Source of the DNA: a virus
Direction: 5' to 3' (one strand)
IMG/VR virus record: IMGVR_UViG_3300021959_007301
Coordinates: 23,243 to 87,242 of that record
Length of the DNA stretch: 64,000 bases
Under the pieces are notes generated by a model. It was given only the letters and a program-made list of their open reading frames with translations, was not told the origin of the DNA and searched no databases. How positions within the stretch are numbered: the stretch's first letter is position 1; the number at the start of each line of letters is the position of its first letter. The translations under genes and the position numbers were made by a program. This document shows, piece by piece, positions 1 to 9,550 of the stretch.

Positions 1-652
1 ACCTGAAGGTTATATCAACGGTACAGTATATAATAGAAGAACTGCTGGAGAGATTATCGCATTGAACGATAACGTGTTCTTCTCATATCCAAGTGTCGTT
101 GCATCAAGAATCAATGAACAGAATGAGATGTCTTCGAACAGGTCATTTAGATGTGCTTTACAATTAGTGTCAGGTAATTCAAACCTTTCACCAGTTGTAG
201 ACTTAAGTTCATTGGGTGCAATTGCAATTGCAAACAGATTAAACGGATTAAATTCAAGTGATGCAGAAACCATTTCAATCTCAACCGATTCAGAAGGTGA
301 AGATAATGCAATGTGTTACATCACTAAGAAAGTTAACTTGAAAGCACCTGCATCAGGATTAAGGGTGACTGCAGATATCTTTAGACCTGCAACGACAGAC
401 GTTAAGGTCATGTATAAGATTATCAAAAACGATGAAGAATCTGCAATCGATGATATCGGTTTTGAATTCTTCAACAGTGATGGTTCACCTGATACAGTAA
501 TTGATGCAGATGCAAGAAACTTTAAAGAGTATGAATTCAGTGTAGATGACCTACCTGAATTTAGTGGGTTCATCATTAAGATTGTAGGAAGAGGATACAA
601 TACATCAACAGTACCATTGGTATCTGCATTGAGATGTATTGCAGTTGCATAA
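1..652 (+). CDS. C-terminal part of a large baseplate-associated structural protein (VrlC/DUF4815-like), truncated by the window start
   Basis: Open frame ending in EYEF...FIIKIV...VPLVSALRCIAVA, a C-terminus typical of this protein in marine T4-like phages. Confidence 0.65.
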   Translation, partial: PEGYINGTVYNRRTAGEIIALNDNVFFSYPSVVASRINEQNEMSSNRSFRCALQLVSGNSNLSPVVDLSSLGAIAIANRLNGLNSSDAETISISTDSEGEDNAMCYITKKVNLKAPASGLRVTADIFRPATTDVKVMYKIIKNDEESAIDDIGFEFFNSDGSPDTVIDADARNFKEYEFSVDDLPEFSGFIIKIVGRGYNTSTVPLVSALRCIAVA

Positions 653-864
653 TGTCTGATTATATTAAAGTAGAAGGTGCAACACATTTATATAGAGACG
701 ATAGTTCTCAAGCAATCGTGTCTACTGATATTGAACAGTGGAGACTTGCAAAGAAAAGAAAAGAGATTTTTAGGAATCAGGTAAACGAGATAAATACATT
801 AAAAGAAGAGATGGGTGAAATTAAGTCTCTCTTAACTGAACTCATGGGGAAATTAAGTGGCTAG
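652..864 (+). CDS. Small conserved hypothetical protein with coiled-coil C-terminus
   Basis: ATG overlaps the upstream TAA; MSDYIKVEG...LYRD...AIV...EINTLKEEMGEIKSLL. Confidence 0.7.
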   Translation: MSDYIKVEGATHLYRDDSSQAIVSTDIEQWRLAKKRKEIFRNQVNEINTLKEEMGEIKSLLTELMGKLSG

Positions 865-1972
865 AACAGTAGACAATCACAGTACATTAGAAGATTTTAG
901 ACGTAATTATAATGACCTCGCTAATGACGTTGGTGACAGGTCAGGTCTTAGAACTGAAAAACAAAGTACTATCGTAGATGCAATTAATAGTATCGAAGAT
1001 AAGTCGTTCTTCTTTCAGGAGTTTATCTATACTGCTGGAACACATGGTTCTACACTTTCAAGATACGAAGGTGTTGATGCATTCAGCAATACATTATCTT
1101 TTAAACCTAACAGAATTCAAGTCTTTAAAAACACTCAACACTTAATTGAAGGTGATGATTATTCTATTGGGCCTGTGTCAGATGGTCTTGCAGATAGAAT
1201 TGATTTAGTTGTTGCTGCAACTAATGGTGATAAGATTACTGTTTATGCATTCACTGGTTCATACTTAGGTGTTGTCGGTGATGGTGCAACCTCAACATAC
1301 TTTACAGAAACTGCATTAAACACTATTTACAATAATAATGATAACGGTATTATTTTAAATGGTGATGGTGCTGATAAAACCGTTGCACTAGAGACAGGAT
1401 ATACAATTCAATTTGCAGGAAGAGTGTATGGTGAAGATGACCTTACACTTGCAAGTGGAACAACATTCACTTTTGACACTGCAACAAACGGAACACTTAC
1501 TTTAGATGGTGGTGCTATTACAGGTGCAACCTCTATTACATCAACTGCATTTGTTGGTGATGTCACTGGTCAAGTATCAGACATTACTAATCATAGTGTA
1601 AATAGTCTTTCAGACATTAACACCACTGGTGCAACAAACGGTCAGTTATTAATTTATAATGTTTCAACAGGTGATTGGGAAGCAGGTGATGCACCTGCAA
1701 ACTACACAGATGAACAAGCACAAGATGCAGCTGCATCTATGATTACAAGTGCAACTCACAGTAACATAACTGTTACTTATGATGATAATGCAGGAACATT
1801 ATCATTTTCTGCTGCTGCTCAATATGGTGACTCTGATGTAGATGCACACTTAAGTGGTAGTAACGGTGTTAGTTACAGTTCAGGTAGTATTAGTTTAGAT
1901 TATGAGACCACATCTACTGCACCTTCAGGTGTAGGTAGTACTGCAACTGGTCATTTATGGTTTGTGATATGA
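857..1972 (+). CDS. Baseplate/tail fibre-like structural protein
   Basis: N-terminal TLEDFRRNYN motif, G/S/T-rich fibre repeats, C-terminal TAPSG...GHLWF motif. Confidence 0.7.
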   Translation: MARTVDNHSTLEDFRRNYNDLANDVGDRSGLRTEKQSTIVDAINSIEDKSFFFQEFIYTAGTHGSTLSRYEGVDAFSNTLSFKPNRIQVFKNTQHLIEGDDYSIGPVSDGLADRIDLVVAATNGDKITVYAFTGSYLGVVGDGATSTYFTETALNTIYNNNDNGIILNGDGADKTVALETGYTIQFAGRVYGEDDLTLASGTTFTFDTATNGTLTLDGGAITGATSITSTAFVGDVTGQVSDITNHSVNSLSDINTTGATNGQLLIYNVSTGDWEAGDAPANYTDEQAQDAAASMITSATHSNITVTYDDNAGTLSFSAAAQYGDSDVDAHLSGSNGVSYSSGSISLDYETTSTAPSGVGSTATGHLWFVI

Positions 1973-1973
1973 T

Positions 1974-3188
1974 ATGGCTGATGAAATCTATATAAACACA
2001 GGGTCGAGTTTTCAACAACCGTACCAAGGTCAATCTGTAAGAAATGCTCAATCGCTAGAAGTCAGACAGACTCCTGCACAGACTCCTGCAAACGCAAGAC
2101 AACCTAGTACGTATCAAAACAGACAACCGTTTACCTACAGAAGTCCTGTAAATGCACAGACACCATTTATAAGAAACGCTCAGCAACCCTTTACATACCA
2201 AAACCAAGGTAGAACACCTTTTACCTATAACTATCGTTCTCCGTTCACGTATGCACGTCAGGGACAGACTCCTTTCACGTATGCAAGACAGGGTAGAACA
2301 CCATATGTTGCAAATGCACAACAACCGTATCCTTATATCGCAAATAGTCAGACTCCATACATTGCTAATGCTCAACAACCCTATCCGTACATAGCAAACA
2401 AACAGAGTCCATACATTGCAAATGGTCAGAGTCCATACATTGCAAATGCTCAGTCACCTTATATTGCAAACGCTCAACAACCGTATCCGTACATTGCATC
2501 GTATCAAAGTCCGTTTACCTATAATCATAGACAACCGTTTACCTATGCAAGACAGGGTAGGTCACCATTTACGTATAGTAATCAACAACCTTACCCATAT
2601 ATTGCACAGACACCTTATACGTTTAATGCAACTGGAACACAAAGCATCAGTCCTCTAGACCAATCTTGGGGCCCATCAGGTGCAAGTCCATGGGTTCCTC
2701 GTCAAAGTGTTAACTCTTCAGGATTCCCTGAAGCATTCGCAACAATGGGGTTTAGTTTAGACACTACAAATAACCAAGTCGATGTTAGCTGGAAAGCTGG
2801 TACTTCAGCACAAATGGCAACAGTGTATACCGACTCAATTAATTATCAGTCTCCAGTAACAGATTCTTCAACATTTGAATGTAAATATACAGTATCTCAG
2901 CAATCGTGTTCAGGTAATTGTATGAGTGGTGCATTTGGGCCCACACCAGTTACCGATGGGTATAATTCAGGAACATATTATTCACTCACAACATTTGGTT
3001 GGATGGCAAAGGTTAATCCAAACTATGGTTCGTCCTTTTCAAGGGTTGAAACTGGTATTGGTGGCACATATGGTGTAACATTTACAGTCCGTGCAACTCC
3101 TTCAGGAAGTAGTGACAGTTATATTACAACTTATACTTCAGGTGGAATAGAACTGATTGCATCTACAGGACAGTTTAACGAGAACTAA
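1974..3188 (+). CDS. P/Q/Y/T-rich repeat protein A1 with ~190-aa C-terminal globular domain (putative fibre strand plus tip domain)
   Basis: Tandem QQPYPYIANA / RQPFTY / ARQGQTP units followed by a non-repetitive domain. Confidence 0.8.
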   Translation: MADEIYINTGSSFQQPYQGQSVRNAQSLEVRQTPAQTPANARQPSTYQNRQPFTYRSPVNAQTPFIRNAQQPFTYQNQGRTPFTYNYRSPFTYARQGQTPFTYARQGRTPYVANAQQPYPYIANSQTPYIANAQQPYPYIANKQSPYIANGQSPYIANAQSPYIANAQQPYPYIASYQSPFTYNHRQPFTYARQGRSPFTYSNQQPYPYIAQTPYTFNATGTQSISPLDQSWGPSGASPWVPRQSVNSSGFPEAFATMGFSLDTTNNQVDVSWKAGTSAQMATVYTDSINYQSPVTDSSTFECKYTVSQQSCSGNCMSGAFGPTPVTDGYNSGTYYSLTTFGWMAKVNPNYGSSFSRVETGIGGTYGVTFTVRATPSGSSDSYITTYTSGGIELIASTGQFNEN

Positions 3189-3190
3189 AA

Positions 3191-4006
3191 ATGGCAGAGT
3201 TGCAAACCACACAACAACCGTATCCTTATATTGCACAAGGTCAAACACCTTATGCATTGCAGGGTAGAACGCCTTATATTGCTAATGCACAGCAACCGTA
3301 TCCTTATATTGCGAATGCACAAAGTCCATATATTGCTAATGCAAGACAACCTGTAACCTATGCAAGACAGGGTCAAACACCGTTTACGTATCAGAGTAGA
3401 CAACCATTTACTTATCAGAACAGACAACCGTTTACATATCAAAATAGACAACCTGTTACCTATGCACGTCAAGGTCAAACACCATTTACCTATAGTAACA
3501 GACAACCTGCAACGTATGCTAGACAAGGTAGAACACCTTTCACGTATAACAATCAACAACCTTATCCGTACATTGCAAATGCTCAACAACCCTATCCGTA
3601 CATTGCAAATGCACAGGAACCAAATATTAGGTCTGCACAACAGGCATATCCTTACATTGCAAATGCAAGGAATCCGTTTACCTATCAACATAGGTCACCT
3701 TCTACATATAGAAACCCTGTAAATGCACAGAGTCCGTATATTGCAAATAGTCAAACACCATTTACCTATCAAGTTGCATATCAGATTCCTTATACTATAA
3801 GGTCACCATTTACCTATCAAGTATCCTACCCAACTACAAGAACCGTTGGGCCAGTTGCAAAGGTTAAAGGTGTTTTTGTGAATGATAGTGGAACACTTAG
3901 AAAACTTGATGAAGTATATGTAAACGATGGTGGAACATTAGAAAAAATTCACCAGTCCGTTCCTACTGCAAGATTCTCTAAGAATCCAAGTAACACGAGT
4001 GTATAA
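3191..4006 (+). CDS. P/Q/Y/T-rich repeat protein B1 with C-terminal VFVNDSGT/VYVNDGGT adaptor-like motif
   Basis: Same repeat vocabulary as A1, in mirrored order. Confidence 0.8.
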   Translation: MAELQTTQQPYPYIAQGQTPYALQGRTPYIANAQQPYPYIANAQSPYIANARQPVTYARQGQTPFTYQSRQPFTYQNRQPFTYQNRQPVTYARQGQTPFTYSNRQPATYARQGRTPFTYNNQQPYPYIANAQQPYPYIANAQEPNIRSAQQAYPYIANARNPFTYQHRSPSTYRNPVNAQSPYIANSQTPFTYQVAYQIPYTIRSPFTYQVSYPTTRTVGPVAKVKGVFVNDSGTLRKLDEVYVNDGGTLEKIHQSVPTARFSKNPSNTSV

Positions 4007-4009
4007 ATA
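4002..4009 (+). promoter_or_regulatory. T4-type late promoter TATAAATA
   Basis: Exact T4 gp55 late consensus just upstream of ATG 4015. The TAAATA core recurs before many genes (about 5475, 8375, 9240, 12924, 17412, 17692, 23147, 25730, 28394, 31187, 31462, 36039, 39755, 50695, 51612, 59120). Confidence 0.75.
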
Positions 4010-4014
4010 GTATT

Positions 4015-4347
4015 ATGGCGATAATTGCAAACATATACATAGACCAAGGTACTGATTTTTCCATTACTGTAGACGTTACAGATTCTGCAGGGGAAGTTTT
4101 AGAATTAAGTGGTTACACTGCAACTGCACAAGTGAGAAGAACTTATACCTCATCTACAGTTGCTGCAACCTTTGATACGTCTATTGCAGAATTAGCAGGA
4201 CAGGTGACTATCTCGTTAACCGATACTGTAACTGCAGGACTGGAAGGTGGAAGATACGTGTATGACCTAAATATTGAAAGCAGTGCTGGTCAGAAAACTC
4301 GTGTTATAGAAGGACAAGCAATTGTCACACCAGGCGTAACGAGGTAA
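4015..4347 (+). CDS. Small Ig-like virion protein (BppU N-terminal-like fibre anchor)
   Basis: NIYIDQGTDF...GRYVYDL...RVIEGQAIVTPGVT, a common motif pattern in T4-like fibre regions. Confidence 0.7.
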   Translation: MAIIANIYIDQGTDFSITVDVTDSAGEVLELSGYTATAQVRRTYTSSTVAATFDTSIAELAGQVTISLTDTVTAGLEGGRYVYDLNIESSAGQKTRVIEGQAIVTPGVTR

Positions 4348-4351
4348 TAAA

Positions 4352-4570
4352 ATGGCAGGAAATATTAAAGCAAGAGTATTAACAAACAATACAATTCGTG
4401 CAAAACAGGTTGCAGTTGGTAACTCATCAACTAATGTAAACTTGTCTGCAAAATCTATTAACGAACTTGCAGATGTTAACGTAATTGAAACAGATGAAGG
4501 TGTATTGAAGTATAACGCTACTACAGACAAGTGGGAAACCTCTAATGTTTTAGATGGTGGAACTTTTTAG
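4352..4570 (+). CDS. Small structural linker protein ending in LDGGTF
   Basis: ORF with RBS; LADV...GVLKYN...KW fibre motif. Confidence 0.65.
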   Translation: MAGNIKARVLTNNTIRAKQVAVGNSSTNVNLSAKSINELADVNVIETDEGVLKYNATTDKWETSNVLDGGTF

Positions 4571-4586
4571 ATAATTTAAAAAATTT

Positions 4587-5468
4587 ATGTTATGTTCACG
4601 TGACGAGTGGTCTCCACTACGTGAGATTGTTGTAGGGACACTCAAAGGATTTCAAAAACAAGACAATTATTCAGAGTATCATACTACTGAATTCATATAC
4701 GATATATTTGTTGAGGCAGAAGAAGGACTTAACAAATTTGTTAATATTCTAGAATCCAATAATGTAAAGGTTTACAGACCTAATGGAATGTGTTATAATG
4801 TTAGGGATTGTGCTGTCGTCATAGATGATGTTATAGTTGAAGGGTCTATGCGATATGAAAAAGAGTACGGAAATCTATCTACACTTAAAAAAATATTTTT
4901 TGAAAAATGGTCTGAAGGATACACATGGATATCAGGCCCCAAACCTTCTTGGAATTCAGAATTTGATATTATTTTTGATGGTGCAAATATCTGTAGACTG
5001 GGAGATAATCTACTCATTGCAACAAACGAAACTGCAAATCGATATGGAAGATTGTGGTTAGAAAAACAATTTCCTAATAAAAATATTGATTACATTTCTC
5101 TAAGAGATAACATATCACACATAGACACAACTATTGTTCCCATATCAGAGGGTACAGTTATGATTAATGCTAACAGAGTCAACAAAGACAATGTACCAGT
5201 ATTTTTTAAAGATTGGGACATTATTTGGATACATGATGAGGATATCGTAGAGGAGAGACCTGTCATTAAAGACGAGATAGCAGGAAAAATGATTGGTATG
5301 AATACTCTTTCTCTTAATCATAATACACTGTTTGTGAATGAAAGTCAAGTAAAATTAATGGATAAATTGGGTAAGAAAGGATTTAATTGTATACCTGTAC
5401 CTCTAAGATACACACGTGAGTTATCAGGTGGACTACATTGTTGCACTTTAGACCTCGTTAGAGGTTAA
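4587..5468 (+). CDS. Amidinotransferase (glycine / inosamine-phosphate amidinotransferase family)
   Basis: EWSPLREIVVG start, RD, FDGAN, HIDTT and GGLHCCTLD motifs (Asp-His-Cys triad). Confidence 0.85.
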   Translation: MLCSRDEWSPLREIVVGTLKGFQKQDNYSEYHTTEFIYDIFVEAEEGLNKFVNILESNNVKVYRPNGMCYNVRDCAVVIDDVIVEGSMRYEKEYGNLSTLKKIFFEKWSEGYTWISGPKPSWNSEFDIIFDGANICRLGDNLLIATNETANRYGRLWLEKQFPNKNIDYISLRDNISHIDTTIVPISEGTVMINANRVNKDNVPVFFKDWDIIWIHDEDIVEERPVIKDEIAGKMIGMNTLSLNHNTLFVNESQVKLMDKLGKKGFNCIPVPLRYTRELSGGLHCCTLDLVRG

Positions 5469-5497
5469 AGATGTTATAAATACTAGTACAAATCAAG

Positions 5498-5574
5498 GTG
5501 TCATTCAGTGAGACACGACCCACATGGTGAGTGGACAGGTATATAATGGTCTTCTAGGGATATGTGAACTAGAA
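5498..5574 (+). ncRNA. Candidate structured 5' leader RNA ahead of the fibre gene
   Basis: Stems GTGTC/GACAC, GACC/GGTC (or CCAC/GTGG) and TTCTAG/CTAGAA between late promoter 5475 and RBS. Confidence 0.35.
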
Positions 5575-5613
5575 TAAGCTTATTTAAATTAAACACATTT
5601 TAGGAGAAATAAA

Positions 5614-7029
5614 ATGGCAACAGTAATTCAAATTAAAAGAAGTACTGGGGTTTCTGCACCTACTACGTCAGACCTTTCAGAAGGAGAATTGGCGTATATT
5701 CAGGACAGAAGTAACAGTGGTGCTGGTGCAAAACTTTTCATAGAATCAGTTGACTCCGACAATAGTACTCCATTAATCCATGCGATTGGTGGTAAGTTCT
5801 ATACCGATATTATTGATGGTTCATCTGCTACACCAGCAGATTTCAAAGTCGGTAACGGTTCAACATCAGGTGGTTCTGTAAAGTTTTACGAAGATTCGGA
5901 CAATGGTGTTCACTTCGTTGCACTTAAGTCGCCAGACTCAGTCGCTTCAGACTTAACTTTTGTACTTCCAGCATCAGATGGTAGTGCAAACCAAGTATTA
6001 GGAACAGACGGTTCAGGTAACCTATCTTTCCTTTCAACAACATCAACACTTGCAGGTGCATCTGACTCAGATATCTCTACTCCATCATCAGGACAAATCC
6101 TTGTTCATGACGGTTCAGATTCATTTGACAACGTAACACTAAGTGGAGACGTGACACTTGCATCTAATGGTGCAGTCACAATCGCTTCTAACGCAGTTGA
6201 AGTCGGTATGATTGACTTCTTAGTTGACGAAGATGACATGAACTCTGATTCAGATGTCAAAGTCCCTTCACAACAATCTGTTAAAGCATACGTTGATTCA
6301 CAAGTAACTGCTCAAGATTTAGACGTTGCTGGTGATTCAGGAACAGGTGCAATTGATTTAGATTCACAATCATTAACGATTGCTGGTACATCTAATGAGA
6401 TTGAAACATCTGCTTCAGGACAAACAATAACAATCGGTTTACCTAATGACGTAACAGTAGGAAATGACCTAACAGTTACAGGAAACTTAACAGTTTCAGG
6501 AACAACCACAACTGTAGACTCAACAACAGTATCAATTGCAGACCCTGTATTTGAAATTGGTGACGATTCTGCAGACGACAACCTCGATAGAGGTATTAAA
6601 TTCAAATATAACGATGGATCTGCTAAAGTAGGTTTCTTCGGTATGGACGAATCTAATGAGAAGTTCGTAGCATTACATGATGCAACAGACAGTTCTTCAG
6701 TATTCACAGGTACAGCAATGGATGCAGTATTTGGTGGATTAGAAGCAACAGGTCTTGCATTATCAGGTTCAATTACTTCAGTCGATGGTGCAGCTCCAAC
6801 TGCAGGTCAATTATTAATTGGTAACGGTTCTAACGGAGACATGGAACTTGCAGCTCTAACTGCAGGCTCTAACGGTGTAACAATCACCAACGCAGACGGT
6901 TCTATAACTATTGAAAATGCGATTGCTTCTACATCACAAGTTGGTGTGGCATCATTTGCTTCTTCAGAGTTCTCAGTAACTGGTGCTGGTGAAGTTTCTA
7001 TCTCCAACATAGACGGTGGTTCATTCTAA
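5614..7029 (+). CDS. Tail fibre-like protein
   Basis: IQIKRS...GELA N-terminal module, GNLTVSGTTTTV repeats, C-terminal IDGGSF. Confidence 0.8.
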   Translation: MATVIQIKRSTGVSAPTTSDLSEGELAYIQDRSNSGAGAKLFIESVDSDNSTPLIHAIGGKFYTDIIDGSSATPADFKVGNGSTSGGSVKFYEDSDNGVHFVALKSPDSVASDLTFVLPASDGSANQVLGTDGSGNLSFLSTTSTLAGASDSDISTPSSGQILVHDGSDSFDNVTLSGDVTLASNGAVTIASNAVEVGMIDFLVDEDDMNSDSDVKVPSQQSVKAYVDSQVTAQDLDVAGDSGTGAIDLDSQSLTIAGTSNEIETSASGQTITIGLPNDVTVGNDLTVTGNLTVSGTTTTVDSTTVSIADPVFEIGDDSADDNLDRGIKFKYNDGSAKVGFFGMDESNEKFVALHDATDSSSVFTGTAMDAVFGGLEATGLALSGSITSVDGAAPTAGQLLIGNGSNGDMELAALTAGSNGVTITNADGSITIENAIASTSQVGVASFASSEFSVTGAGEVSISNIDGGSF

Positions 7030-7058
7030 CAATAATTAATCGTTTATAGGAGTAGCAA

Positions 7059-7883
7059 ATGGCAACAGTAATTCAATTTAAGAGAAGTTCGACTCAAGGT
7101 TCTTCGCCGACCACTGGTGATTTATCACTCGGTGAATTAGCGATTAATACATATCATGGTAGGGTCTATACTGAGGCAGATAATGGAACAGCTTCTATTG
7201 TAGAAGTTGGTTCAAATCCTGCAACTCTTACTGTTAACGATGCGTACTCTTTTCCAACAAGTGATGGTAACTCTAACGAAGCATTAACAACTGATGGTTC
7301 AGGACAGTTAAGTTTCACTGCACTTCCTTCATCAGGAATTGAAACTTTCACCTATTCAATCACATCTACTGGTACAGGTATCAGTGGTGCAGATGATAAT
7401 TCAAACACACTTCAGTACCAAGTAGGTTCTGAACAAGTTTTTATTAATGGTGTTAAGTTAATAAGTGGTTCAGACTATACTGCAACTTCATCAACCGTAA
7501 TAACCCTTGCAGAAAATGCTGTAAATGGTGATACAGTTGAAGTCGTTGCAATAACCGACACACAAAATCTTGTGCAAGGTTATTATACGGCTAACACTTT
7601 CAGTGCAACAACTGCTGACCAAGTTTTATCATCCAATGGAGTCGCAAACAAAGCGATTAAGTATGTTATAAATGCAACTCACGCCTCTGCAGGAACACAT
7701 GCTGCAGAAGTATTGTTGATTAACGATGGTACGAATGCATATTTCATCCAATACGGTGACGTGTATTCATCATCATCATTGTTCTCACTTAGTTCAGATG
7801 TGAATTCAGGTAACATGAGACTTCTCATTACACCTGCAAACACTGACACTACAGTTGATACTTTCCAAATTAGGCATTCATAG
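7059..7883 (+). CDS. Fibre/virion structural protein
   Basis: IQFKRS...GELA N-terminus; C-terminal KY...DGTNAY...QYG...RLLITPA domain. Confidence 0.75.
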   Translation: MATVIQFKRSSTQGSSPTTGDLSLGELAINTYHGRVYTEADNGTASIVEVGSNPATLTVNDAYSFPTSDGNSNEALTTDGSGQLSFTALPSSGIETFTYSITSTGTGISGADDNSNTLQYQVGSEQVFINGVKLISGSDYTATSSTVITLAENAVNGDTVEVVAITDTQNLVQGYYTANTFSATTADQVLSSNGVANKAIKYVINATHASAGTHAAEVLLINDGTNAYFIQYGDVYSSSSLFSLSSDVNSGNMRLLITPANTDTTVDTFQIRHS

Positions 7884-7896
7884 GAGGAGATGAATA

Positions 7897-8307
7897 ATGG
7901 CAAAGACAAAAGCATTTGAAATTGCAGAATTGATTAGACACCTTCGATATGATGCTGATACAGACGAGATTGTAACTGATAAGGTAACTCAAGACAAAAA
8001 CAAAAAGAGGGGTAATGCAACAAAAACCTCTACTGACGAATTTGCTCTTGATACTTTTGCAAAATCAGATTACAGAGCTGGACGATATATCGTTGCAATG
8101 TCTGAAGGATCAAAGTATCACTCAACTGAAATCGTGTTAGTTCACGATGGAAGTAGTGTAACAATGACACAATATGGCACACTTAAATCACACTCGTTAG
8201 CAACCTTTGATGCAGACATTTCAGGATCAGACGTAAGACTGCTCGTGACACCTGCATCCACAAGTTCTACAGTGATTAAATTCGATAGAACAGTAGTCGA
8301 AGCATAA
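7897..8307 (+). CDS. Virion structural protein with the shared C-terminal beta domain
   Basis: LDTF...YR...TEIVLVHDG...QYG...DISGSDVRLLVTPAS. Confidence 0.7.
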   Translation: MAKTKAFEIAELIRHLRYDADTDEIVTDKVTQDKNKKRGNATKTSTDEFALDTFAKSDYRAGRYIVAMSEGSKYHSTEIVLVHDGSSVTMTQYGTLKSHSLATFDADISGSDVRLLVTPASTSSTVIKFDRTVVEA

Positions 8308-8329
8308 AATCAAAAAATGCAATCTAGAT

Positions 8330-8355
8330 GGGGGACTTTATGTCCCCCTTCTTTT
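8330..8355 (+). terminator. Intrinsic terminator
   Basis: GGGGGAC-TTTAT-GTCCCCC followed by a T-rich run. Confidence 0.75.
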
Positions 8356-8386
8356 ATATGCACGGTAAAAATGACTAAATAGTATA

Positions 8387-9220
8387 ATGGCAACGAAACA
8401 TAAACTTATTGCAGACTTGGGACTTGCAACTAACGGTGACTTGAGTGTTGATGGAAACGCAACAATTACAGGAAACTTAACGGTTAATGGTACGACAATT
8501 ACCATTAACTCTACTACCACATCAGTTGAAGACAGTTTATTAGAACTTGCAAATCAGAACACTTCTAGTGACACTATAGATATTGGTTTCTATGGTAACT
8601 ATGATGATGGTTTATCAGATGATGCAAGTGAGTATACAGGTCTATTCAGAGATGCATCAGATTCCACATGGAAACTCTTTGATGGTCTAGAAGTCGAGCC
8701 AGGAACAACGGTAGACACTACAGGTTCAGGATATGCAAAGGCAGCACTAGAAGTTGGTGATTTAACTGCAACGACACTCAATGTATCAAACAGTATCACT
8801 GGTGCAAGTATATCATACCCAACATCAGACGGAACAAGCGGACAGGTTCTTACAACCAATGGCAGTGGAACATTAACATTTCAAGATGCAGGAAGTGGAC
8901 TTAGTGAAGGTAGTGTAACAACTACATCAACTTCTGAAACAAATTTAGATACATGGTCTTCTTCAACGTATCGATCCGTTAAATATACTATATCAATTTC
9001 AGATAGTACTGCAGGTGATTACGAAATGACTGAGATACATGTACTACACGATGGTACAAATGCATATTTCTCTCAATTCGGTACTGTACTTGCAGGAACC
9101 ACGAGTGAATTAGTATCTTTTGGTGTTGATATCAGTGGTGGGGATGTGAGATTAAGAATTACACCTGCTTCTACAAACTCTACTGCAATAAAGTTTAAAA
9201 AAATTGAAATTGGGGTGTAG
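8387..9220 (+). CDS. Fibre/virion structural protein
   Basis: GNLTVNGTTITINS repeats; same C-terminal domain as 7059 and 7897. Confidence 0.75.
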   Translation: MATKHKLIADLGLATNGDLSVDGNATITGNLTVNGTTITINSTTTSVEDSLLELANQNTSSDTIDIGFYGNYDDGLSDDASEYTGLFRDASDSTWKLFDGLEVEPGTTVDTTGSGYAKAALEVGDLTATTLNVSNSITGASISYPTSDGTSGQVLTTNGSGTLTFQDAGSGLSEGSVTTTSTSETNLDTWSSSTYRSVKYTISISDSTAGDYEMTEIHVLHDGTNAYFSQFGTVLAGTTSELVSFGVDISGGDVRLRITPASTNSTAIKFKKIEIGV

Positions 9221-9289
9221 TTTAAACATCACAAACTCATAAATACAAGTGTTAAACCACACTTTTAAGTTTTATAGGACACACAAAAC

Positions 9290-9550
9290 ATGGCAACACA
9301 GAATACATTTGTTATAGAGTACGGATTGACAGTGGGTTCTACAGAGGTTATCAATAGTTCAGGTAAACTACAGGCAACTGCATTATCAGAATTAGACACA
9401 GATAGTCTTTCAGAAGGTTCCACGAATCAATACTTTTCAAACACAAGAGCAAGAGGTTCTATATCACTTGCTACTGGAGAATCAAATTTAAGTTATAATT
9501 CATCTACTGGTGAACTTTCATTACCAACAGTTGATGGGGGTAGTATCTAA
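9290..9550 (+). CDS. Small fibre linker protein ending in VDGGSI
   Basis: DTDSLSEGSTNQYF..RARG fibre motif; N-terminus similar to the next gene. Confidence 0.65.
   Translation: MATQNTFVIEYGLTVGSTEVINSSGKLQATALSELDTDSLSEGSTNQYFSNTRARGSISLATGESNLSYNSSTGELSLPTVDGGSI

Noticed and set aside
3186-3193. A1/B1 (and A2/B2) as one frameshifted or broken gene
   Set aside because: Both pairs have a clean stop followed by a new ATG-GCA start, and the split recurs in both loci; sequencing error is unlikely, although an ancestral fusion is possible.
2055-3691. Cys/Ile/Arg-rich minus-strand ORFs (also 11657-12829)
   Set aside because: Antisense shadows of the repeat genes, with no evident RBS or promoter support.
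1974-4006. Repeat proteins as RiPP precursors with repeated cores
   Set aside because: No leader, protease or transporter nearby; mirrored order and fibre context fit a structural role better.
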